From: Eubacteriales bacterium
Lineage (GTDB): Bacteria > Bacillota > Clostridia > Oscillospirales > CAG-272
DNA: 64,000 bases
NCBI GenBank assembly: GCA_045630385.1
Contig: JAZQTA010000057.1
Span: forward strand, 14,952 to 78,951
Direction: 5' to 3'
In this document: positions 8,873-16,178 of the stretch, piece after piece
Layout: the number at the start of each line of letters is the position of its first letter
Numbering within the stretch: position 1 is the stretch's first letter
Program-made: the position numbers and the translations under genes
The notes under the pieces: generated by a model
What the model was told of the DNA's origin: nothing
The model's database searches: none
Seen by the model: the letters and a program-made list of their open reading frames with translations, nothing else

Positions 8873-9580
8873 ATGAAAAAGAATCCTTCCATACTCTTTA
8901 TCGGAAACAGCTATACCTATTATAACGATATGCCGAAGGCGATCTTCGAAAAGCTCACCCTCGCCGCAGGGTATACGGCCACCGTCACGGCGATCACCAA
9001 GGGCGCATGGACGCTCGAAAAATTTGCCGATCCCACGGATGAATACGGCAAAAAGGTCGAGGCCGCGCTGACGGGCGGTGAAAAATACGACTACGTGATC
9101 CTGCAGGAGCAGAGCCTGCGCCCCGCCATTGATCCCGACCGCTTTTTTGCCGCCGTGGAAAACCTTGCGGCACGCATCCGTGCTACGGGAGCGACACCCC
9201 TTCTCTACGCGACTTGGGGCAGACACGGCGACAGTGCCGACCTTGAAAAGCACTCTCTCACAAACGAATCAATGACCTACAAGCTCGCCGCATCCTACGC
9301 GGCAATCGGAGAAAGGCTCTCCATCCCCGTGATGCACGCGGGGCTTGCCTTCCGCGAGATCTATACGGGCGAGAGCGGCATCGAGCTTTATAATCCCGAC
9401 CTCTCGCACCCCTCCTATGCGGGCAGCTACCTTGCCGCCGCCACCATCTATGCGCACATCTTCGAGGAAGAAGCCCCCGTATGGGACGGAGAGCTTGCCC
9501 CCGCCGATGCCGCTTTGCTTCGCTCTACCGCAAAAAAGCACGCATCGAATGCCCCCGAGATTCCTGCAGAATACAAATAA
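8873..9580 (+). CDS. SGNH/GDSL-like hydrolase family protein
   Basis: The ORF is 235 aa. It has a block I-like motif, ILFIGNSYTY, and a late DLSHPS block V-like motif. There is no signal peptide. Confidence 0.65.
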   Translation: MKKNPSILFIGNSYTYYNDMPKAIFEKLTLAAGYTATVTAITKGAWTLEKFADPTDEYGKKVEAALTGGEKYDYVILQEQSLRPAIDPDRFFAAVENLAARIRATGATPLLYATWGRHGDSADLEKHSLTNESMTYKLAASYAAIGERLSIPVMHAGLAFREIYTGESGIELYNPDLSHPSYAGSYLAAATIYAHIFEEEAPVWDGELAPADAALLRSTAKKHASNAPEIPAEYK

Positions 9581-9706
9581 GAATACAACAAAAAGGGGAG
9601 TTCAAGCCAAAAAAACTTGATTTTAGCTCATTTATTGTTTTTTTGGCTTTTTTCATCTTTTGGTCATTTTCGCTTGCGCCGGGAGGCACCAGCCCCTTAT
9701 ATTTAT

Positions 9707-9738
9707 GCCGCATCTATATAAACGGATGCGGCGTTTTT
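9707..9738. terminator. Bidirectional intrinsic terminator between convergent genes
   Basis: The stem GCCGCATC ... GATGCGGC is followed by TTTTTT and is A-rich on the other side. Confidence 0.7.
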
Positions 9739-10529
9739 TATTTTTCGTTCCGTCTCTTTCTATATTCCAAGGGCGAAATGCCGTGGATCCTTTTAAAAAT
9801 ACGGCTGAAATAGCAAGCGTTTTCAAAACCCAAAAGATCCGCGATCTCTCCTACCGTCATAAAGGGATCCGAGAGAAGACTTTCCGCCTTTTGGATGCGC
9901 AGTGAATTTTTATATTCGATGGGAGAAAAACCGGTTCTCTGCTTAAAAAGGCGAAAAAGATGCGGCGCGCTCATAAAGGCGATCTCCGAAAGCGCCTGCA
10001 CGAAAATCTCTTCCGTGTAATGATTTTTCACGTATTCAATTGCTGTATCGATACCGTCCAAGCTGCTTTCGGTGGTTTTCGCCACGTAATCCAAAAGTCC
10101 GCAGATCAGCGAAGCTGTCAAAAAATCCGTATGATGCTTCAGGGTTTCGCGGCGCAGCTGCTCGCAAAGATCAAAAGTGCTTTTCGGCGCGGCGTGAGTG
10201 ATCACGCGCGGCAATGCAGAAAAAACGACCTCCTCGCCACTATCCCTCTCTGCCATGGTGAAGCTGACACGGTAAAAATCCAAGGAGCGCTCCGGTGCGC
10301 TGACCGAGTGCACAGACCCCTTCGGTAAATAGATCAGCGAGCCGGGTGCGAGCTGCACCTCCACACCCTTCCACTTATAGGTGCAAACGCCGCCCACGAT
10401 CAGAAGAAAGCCGTTCAGCTCTCTGCCCCTCGGCGCGCAAACCGACCAGCTGTTCGTTTGCCGAATCACGGAAACCGCAGATATGGAATGCTTTTCAAAT
10501 GAAATATCGTGCAGATCAAGAACTCTCAT
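9738..10529 (-). CDS. AraC family transcriptional regulator
   Basis: This is track ORF 9738..10601, trimmed to MRVLDLHDISF with RBS AAGGAGG. The C-terminal HTH reads LLGFENACYFSRIFKRIHGISPLEYRK. The gene is divergent from the ferredoxin/FAD genes. Confidence 0.85.
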   Translation of the reverse strand: MRVLDLHDISFEKHSISAVSVIRQTNSWSVCAPRGRELNGFLLIVGGVCTYKWKGVEVQLAPGSLIYLPKGSVHSVSAPERSLDFYRVSFTMAERDSGEEVVFSALPRVITHAAPKSTFDLCEQLRRETLKHHTDFLTASLICGLLDYVAKTTESSLDGIDTAIEYVKNHYTEEIFVQALSEIAFMSAPHLFRLFKQRTGFSPIEYKNSLRIQKAESLLSDPFMTVGEIADLLGFENACYFSRIFKRIHGISPLEYRKRRNEK

Positions 10530-10674
10530 GCAATCGCCTCCTTTGATATTAGTGTAACATATTATTGCTGAAAAATCAAGTATAATGATAGTATCGTTCA
10601 AAAAATGAAAGCATCGGTCATTTACATTTCATTCGTCGTGCGGTATAATATCCTCGAAAGCAAGGAGGTATGCT

Positions 10675-10869
10675 ATGAAAAACAAGTACAAGGTAGACGG
10701 CGGTTGCGTGCTTTGCCTGATGTGCGTGTACGAATGCCCCGTTGGCGCAATTTCGATTCTCGAAAATGAATCCACGAAAATTGATGCAGAAAAATGCATC
10801 GGATGCGGCAAGTGCTATAAAAACTGCCAGACCGGTGCCATCGTGAAAATAACAGAAGGAGCAGAATAA
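10675..10869 (+). CDS. 2x[4Fe-4S] ferredoxin
   Basis: The ORF is 64 aa with two CxxCxxCxxxC motifs (CVLCLMCVYECP and CIGCGKCYKNC). The RBS is AAGGAGG. Its stop lies 1 nt before the next start. Confidence 0.9.
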   Translation: MKNKYKVDGGCVLCLMCVYECPVGAISILENESTKIDAEKCIGCGKCYKNCQTGAIVKITEGAE

Positions 10870-10870
10870 A

Positions 10871-12388
10871 ATGATTGAATTTAAGAAAGAAAATGAAAAG
10901 ATCCTGACCGAAAAGGAGGCAATTCCCGTATACGGTGAATACGACGTTGTTGTTGTCGGCGGCGGTATGGCAGGTGTAGGCGCGGCTTTAGCGGCAGCCA
11001 AGGGCGGCGCGAAGACCATCGTTGTGGAAAACACCTCTGCCCTCGGCGGTCTTACCACCATGGGTATCGTAAACATTCCCTTGGATTTCGTTTCCGGCGT
11101 AGGCGAGGAGTTCTTCGAGGCGCTCGAGGAGATCAACGGACTCAGAAAGAGAAATTCCGATCCCGAAAAGCATAAGCTCGTATTTGACAGACTCTTAAAG
11201 AAATACGATATCGACGTGCTTCTTGTTACCCCCTTGATCGATACGATCGTGGAGGGCAACTCTGTGAAGGGCATCATCATCCACACGAAAAAGGGCAAGC
11301 AGGCCATCCTCGGCAAAACCTTTGTGGATGCCTCGGGTGACTCCGATCTCGTTTACTTCGCAGGCGGCGAAACCATGACCGGCCGCGAGGAGGACGGCAT
11401 GAGCATGGGATGCTCCTTGGAATTTGTTCTCGGCGGCGTGGATTTTGACGCTTATTATAACAGCGACCTCAACAAAAACGATCCGAAATGGTATAAATTT
11501 ATTCCCGATCAGCTGGCGCTCGGCCATCTTCCCTATGAGATCGACAACCATCTGAACTGGATGACGCATCTTCCCGACCGCCCCGAGCACTGCGGCATGG
11601 ACGAGGTGAGCATCTGCTTTGCGCACTCGAGAAACTGCTTCCCGACCGACAATGCGGATCTGACGAGAATGTACATCGAGGGACGTGAGCAGGCCGCGAT
11701 CCTTGCAAAGTTTATTCGTGAAAACGTTCCGGGCTTTGAAAAGTCCTATCTTTCCTACACCGGCTCTCTGCTTGGAGTCAGAGAATCCCGCCGTATTGTA
11801 GGTGAATACATCTTCACCGGCTCGGATATCGCATATGCAAGAACCTTTGACGACGTTATCGCCATCAGCCAGCACGGCTTTGATCTGCACGGCTTCAAGG
11901 TTGCGGGCAACATGAAGTGGTTCAAGGGCAAGCTTCCCGACGGCCGCGAGGCATACATTGCCAACCGCGCAGGCTGGGGCTCTCAGCTTCCTCCCGATGA
12001 CGGACTTCCCCGCGTAAACATGGCAGAGCTCGTGGAGGATAAGGGTATGTACCACTACGATATCCCCTACCGCGCACTCGTTCCGATCCGTCTTGACAAC
12101 GTTCTCGCCGCAGGCCGCAACATCTCCGCGGATATCCCCGGCCAGTCCGGTACGAGACTCGTTATGTGTTGCATGTCTCTTGGTGAGGCGGCGGGCACGG
12201 CATCCGCGCTTGCCGTGAAAAACGGCGTGAAGGTTCGCGATATCGACGTAGGCGAGCTGCAGCGCACCATGGTAGTTAACGGCGTAAACATCGGCCAGCG
12301 CTTCAGACAGATTCCTGCACTCATCGGCGTAAAGGATAACGTGGTGGATAAATATTCCGGCGGCGTCAGCGGCGCGGGCAATAACTGA
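10871..12388 (+). CDS. FAD-dependent oxidoreductase (PF12831-like)
   Basis: The ORF is 505 aa with YDVVVVGGGMAGVGAALAAAKGGAKTIVVENTSALGG. The C-terminal SRRIVGEY...GRNISAD pattern is shared with 6745..8031. Confidence 0.8.
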   Translation: MIEFKKENEKILTEKEAIPVYGEYDVVVVGGGMAGVGAALAAAKGGAKTIVVENTSALGGLTTMGIVNIPLDFVSGVGEEFFEALEEINGLRKRNSDPEKHKLVFDRLLKKYDIDVLLVTPLIDTIVEGNSVKGIIIHTKKGKQAILGKTFVDASGDSDLVYFAGGETMTGREEDGMSMGCSLEFVLGGVDFDAYYNSDLNKNDPKWYKFIPDQLALGHLPYEIDNHLNWMTHLPDRPEHCGMDEVSICFAHSRNCFPTDNADLTRMYIEGREQAAILAKFIRENVPGFEKSYLSYTGSLLGVRESRRIVGEYIFTGSDIAYARTFDDVIAISQHGFDLHGFKVAGNMKWFKGKLPDGREAYIANRAGWGSQLPPDDGLPRVNMAELVEDKGMYHYDIPYRALVPIRLDNVLAAGRNISADIPGQSGTRLVMCCMSLGEAAGTASALAVKNGVKVRDIDVGELQRTMVVNGVNIGQRFRQIPALIGVKDNVVDKYSGGVSGAGNN

Positions 12389-12461
12389 TACGAAAAGATC
12401 CATAACGATACCCCCGATCGCCCACACGGGCGGTCGGGGATCCTTCATAAAGGAGAAAACC

Positions 12462-13955
12462 ATGTTTTTTCACTGTGAAAAAAGGCCCGAGGAAAAGGGC
12501 ATTTCCTCCCTTGAGCTTTTGCGCTTTTTAAAAAAGCTGGACGAAAAGAAGATCCCTATGCACTCCTTGCTGATTGCAAGGGGAGACGATCCGATTTTGA
12601 ATGCCTATTGGGCGCCCTTTGATCGTGATACCCTGCACCGCCAAAACTCCGTGACCAAAAGCTTTGTTTCTCTCGCCATCGGTCTTCTTTGGGAGGAGGG
12701 CAAGCTTTCGCTCAACGATCCTGTGATTCGCTACTTCCCCGAGGCGAAGGAATATGAAATTCCCGAAGAGATCAAAAAGCAAACGGTGCGCGATCTTCTC
12801 TCCATGCAAACGGTCTATATGCCGCACGGAGAGCGGCACTGGGTAAAATACAAGGATTACGATCGCATCAAGGCCTATTTTACCGACCGCGTGATGAAGG
12901 CTCGCGGCACGCTCTTTTCCTATGACAGCCGTGCATCCCATATTCTCGGCATCATCGCCGAGCGCCTCGCGGGCAAGCCCTTCCTTGAATATCTGAAGGA
13001 AAAATTTCTTCTGCGGATCGGATTTTCCCAAAACGCAACCTGCATCAAGGATGCGATGGGTTATTCCTGGGCGGATTCGGGACTCCTCTGCACAGCCGAG
13101 GATCTTTTTCGCGTGGCAAAATTTATCCGCGACGGCGGTGCTTTTGAAGGTGAGCGACTGATGAACGAGGAATACCTCAGACTTGCAACCTCCCGCATCA
13201 CCTCCAACTGCGTGGGCGGAAACGATGCGGCAAACAATGCCTATGGCTATGGGTATCAGATCTGGCACGAAAGGGACGGCGGCTTTGGCTTTCACGGGAT
13301 GGGAATGCAATATATGATCTGCATTCCGAAAAAGGATTTCATTCTCGTTTGCACCGCCGACACAATGGGAGACGATGCATCCCGCGCCATATTTCTTTCC
13401 ATGTATGAGGATTTTGTAGATGAGGCGCTGGGAGATCACCCGCTGCCCGAAAACGCGAAGGGCTATGCCGCACTGGTGTCCTATGCGAAAAATTTAAAGC
13501 TCACCTCGCTTGGCGGTATGAAAACGACCAATACTGCAAGGATCGTAAACGGAAAAGAGATCCTTCTTTCCGAAAACCCGATGCAGATCAAAAGAATGCG
13601 CCTTTCCTTCTCGGAGGATGCGGGCGAGCTGATCTACGAAAACGCACAGGGCGAAAAGCGCCTCCCCTTCGGGCTTTGCAAAAACGTGCTGTCTCTTTTC
13701 CCCGAGGATGGCTATGAAAATCTGCAGCTCGGAAGCTCCGAGCCCGGGTATCACCACCCCTGCGCGACCTCTGCCGCCTGGCAGGATGAAAGAACCCTTG
13801 CCATCAAATCCTTTATGACGGGCAGCCATCTCGGAAGCGTATATATGCAAATCTCCTTCGCAGGCGATACGGCTTCGATCAGCATGACCAAAACGGCAAA
13901 CTACTTTTTAAATGAGTACGAGGGCGCGGCCACCGGAAAGCTTATAAACCACTGA
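12462..13955 (+). CDS. Beta-lactamase-fold serine hydrolase with C-terminal extension
   Basis: The ORF is 497 aa with an SxxK motif (SVTKSF) and no signal peptide. It is a clear paralogue of 33604..35082. Confidence 0.8.
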   Translation: MFFHCEKRPEEKGISSLELLRFLKKLDEKKIPMHSLLIARGDDPILNAYWAPFDRDTLHRQNSVTKSFVSLAIGLLWEEGKLSLNDPVIRYFPEAKEYEIPEEIKKQTVRDLLSMQTVYMPHGERHWVKYKDYDRIKAYFTDRVMKARGTLFSYDSRASHILGIIAERLAGKPFLEYLKEKFLLRIGFSQNATCIKDAMGYSWADSGLLCTAEDLFRVAKFIRDGGAFEGERLMNEEYLRLATSRITSNCVGGNDAANNAYGYGYQIWHERDGGFGFHGMGMQYMICIPKKDFILVCTADTMGDDASRAIFLSMYEDFVDEALGDHPLPENAKGYAALVSYAKNLKLTSLGGMKTTNTARIVNGKEILLSENPMQIKRMRLSFSEDAGELIYENAQGEKRLPFGLCKNVLSLFPEDGYENLQLGSSEPGYHHPCATSAAWQDERTLAIKSFMTGSHLGSVYMQISFAGDTASISMTKTANYFLNEYEGAATGKLINH

Positions 13956-13976
13956 ATTCACTCCGTAAAATAAAAT

Positions 13977-14021
13977 ACGAGCAAGAAAAAGGATTTTTCC
14001 TTACGCTTGCTCGTGTTTTTT
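13977..14021. terminator. Bidirectional intrinsic terminator
   Basis: The stem ACGAGCAAG ... CTTGCTCGT is followed by TTTTTT. It sits between convergent genes. Confidence 0.7.
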
Positions 14022-14036
14022 ATATTATGGAAACGT

Positions 14037-14606
14037 TTATTTTTTCTCCGAGATTTTCTTTCCGTCCGAAAATGCTTTTCCGACCGCATCGCCAAGACGC
14101 AGATAGGCATGCGCGATCGGCTCATACACGATGGGATCGAGCCGTCTTACGTCCACTCTGCCGTTTGCATCTAAGATGCTTTCATCCGCCGAGACGTTCA
14201 CGATCTCGCCCACGAGACGGCAGGACTCCTTATCGTAGGATTTCACACGGCACTCCAAGGCGAAGGGAAGCTCGGCAAAAAGAGGCGCGTTCACGTGCTC
14301 GGCAGGCGTAGCGCTCCATCCGCAGGCACGGATCTTATCGGGAATTTTCGTGCCGCTCACGATGCCGACGTAATCGGCGGCGATCACGGTATCCGCGGTG
14401 GCAACGCTGACGGTGAAGGCGCCCGTTTTTTCAAGATTATAGGTCGTTTTATGATCCTCGCTGATGCAAACCGAGATCTCGTTTTCCTCGCTGATGCCGC
14501 CCCAAGCGGCATTCATAGCGTTGGGAACGCCGTTTTCATCGTACGTACCGAGAATCAGCACGGGCATCGGATAGAGCCAGGGCTTTGCGCCAAAATTCTT
14601 TCTCAT
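14037..14606 (-). CDS. Flavin reductase-like domain protein
   Basis: The ORF is 189 aa with PMPVLILGTYDENGVPNAMNAAWGG, typical of the flavin reductase family. Confidence 0.8.
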   Translation of the reverse strand: MRKNFGAKPWLYPMPVLILGTYDENGVPNAMNAAWGGISEENEISVCISEDHKTTYNLEKTGAFTVSVATADTVIAADYVGIVSGTKIPDKIRACGWSATPAEHVNAPLFAELPFALECRVKSYDKESCRLVGEIVNVSADESILDANGRVDVRRLDPIVYEPIAHAYLRLGDAVGKAFSDGKKISEKK

Positions 14607-14620
14607 AAAAAAATCTCCTT

Positions 14621-15151
14621 TTAATCCAGATAGGTAACGAGCGCTTCGTGAGAGAGGCGCTTTTTTTCGCGCAGAGGATCGCCTTCTTTTGCGTAGCCGA
14701 GCGAAATAACAAGCCTCACCGCGCCGTCAAGGGCGCAGATCTCGCGTATTTTTCCATCATCCAGCCAGCCGAGAATACAGGTGGCAAGCCCCTGCGCCGC
14801 GGCCTCCGCCGTGATATACGCCGCGAGAATTCCGATATCCATAGAACGGTAATCGTTCTTTTTGAGCTTTGCGCCAAGCGCCGCCGAGGCAACGTAGGGC
14901 TTCTCGGAGATTACGAGCAAAACAGGCGCATCGGATGCGAATTTATTCATTCCCATGCCCTGCACCGCCTTGGCAACGCGCGCGGCGCTCTCGCCGCGGC
15001 ACACCGTGATATGATAGGGCTGGCCGTTACAGGCAGAGGGCGAAAGCCGTGCGCTCTCAAGCACCGCGAAAAGCTTCTCCTCCTCTACCGCTCTTTCTTT
15101 ATCGTAAGCGCGGCAGGACTGCCGCGTTTTTGCAATCTCCGAAAAATTCAT
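14621..15151 (-). CDS. Nitroreductase family protein
   Basis: This is track ORF 14621..15181, trimmed to MNFSEIAKTRQSCRAYD with a GGAGAGGG RBS. The start overlaps the stop of the upstream MBL gene. Confidence 0.8.
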   Translation of the reverse strand: MNFSEIAKTRQSCRAYDKERAVEEEKLFAVLESARLSPSACNGQPYHITVCRGESAARVAKAVQGMGMNKFASDAPVLLVISEKPYVASAALGAKLKKNDYRSMDIGILAAYITAEAAAQGLATCILGWLDDGKIREICALDGAVRLVISLGYAKEGDPLREKKRLSHEALVTYLD

Positions 15152-16041
15152 TCTTCCCTCTCCTCTCTTTTTACCCAGCACAGCATACGGTCCTTGACGG
15201 TATGCGTAATTTTATCGATCTCCGAAAGATAGGTAAGATACGAGCGCAGGGTGCTCCCGATCAGAAGATACTGCTCCAGGCTCATCGCGAGTCCGTAACG
15301 CGAAAAGATCCTTTCAAGAAGCCCCTCGAACGCGATCGGCTCGCTTACCTCCTCCAAAATCACAGAAATCAGCTCCTCGGTTTTTCGGATATTCTCTCTC
15401 GCAAGAGGTGCGATATCCTCGGTCATTTCCGAATGTGCGGACACGAAACGCGCGCCCTGCATGGCGGCGATCCTCTCCAGCGTTTCAAGATACATCCCCA
15501 CGTCGTAAACGTAAGGGATGCCGTATTTTTCAAGCGTCGCGCGGCTTGCGAGCGCATCCGCAAGATACACGGCGCCGTCATCCGTTGCGAAGCCGTACTG
15601 ATCCTCCGTGTGCCCCGGCAAGGGCAGAACGGAAAGCCCCTCGGGCAGCACCGCATCCGTGAGCACCTCGGCATCGCACGCGGGAGCAAAGAGGAAGCCG
15701 TGCGAAAGCGCCTTCGGCGGCTTTGCGCCGTAAAGGATCGCGTTCCCCCTCGGCGGATGGAGCACCGCGCCAAGCTCGCCGCGCGGTGCATAGACCTTAC
15801 AGCCCGTACGGCTTTTTATATGCAGGCATCCGCCGATATGATCACAGTGCGCATGCGTGACAAGGATCATTCGGATCTGCCATCCGTTTTCTTCTGCGAT
15901 GCGTAGCACCTTGTTCGCCGCGCCCTTATTGTTTCCGCTGTCGATCAGAGCGATCTCGCGATCGCTGATCTTATAGATGCCGATCTTTGCGGGGCAATCC
16001 ACGAAATAAAACCGCTCCGTGACCTTCACAAGCTCGTACAT
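15148..16041 (-). CDS. MBL-fold metallo-hydrolase
   Basis: The ORF is 297 aa and carries an HAHCDHIGG (HxHxDH) motif. Confidence 0.85.
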   Translation of the reverse strand: MYELVKVTERFYFVDCPAKIGIYKISDREIALIDSGNNKGAANKVLRIAEENGWQIRMILVTHAHCDHIGGCLHIKSRTGCKVYAPRGELGAVLHPPRGNAILYGAKPPKALSHGFLFAPACDAEVLTDAVLPEGLSVLPLPGHTEDQYGFATDDGAVYLADALASRATLEKYGIPYVYDVGMYLETLERIAAMQGARFVSAHSEMTEDIAPLARENIRKTEELISVILEEVSEPIAFEGLLERIFSRYGLAMSLEQYLLIGSTLRSYLTYLSEIDKITHTVKDRMLCWVKREEREE

Positions 16042-16096
16042 AATTCTCTCCGTTTCTGAAAATAGAGGACATTGCCCAATGCAATGCTTACCTTGG

Positions 16097-16133
16097 AAAA
16101 AAATCCTCGAAAATTTTTTCGAGGATTTTTTTA
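16097..16133. terminator. Symmetric intrinsic terminator
   Basis: AAAAAATCCTCG AAAATTTTTT CGAGGATTTTTTT, located downstream of the ABC gene on the minus strand. Confidence 0.75.
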
Positions 16134-16178
16134 TTCGTTACAATAGCGATGGCATATCATCGCCGCAGAAATCAAATT

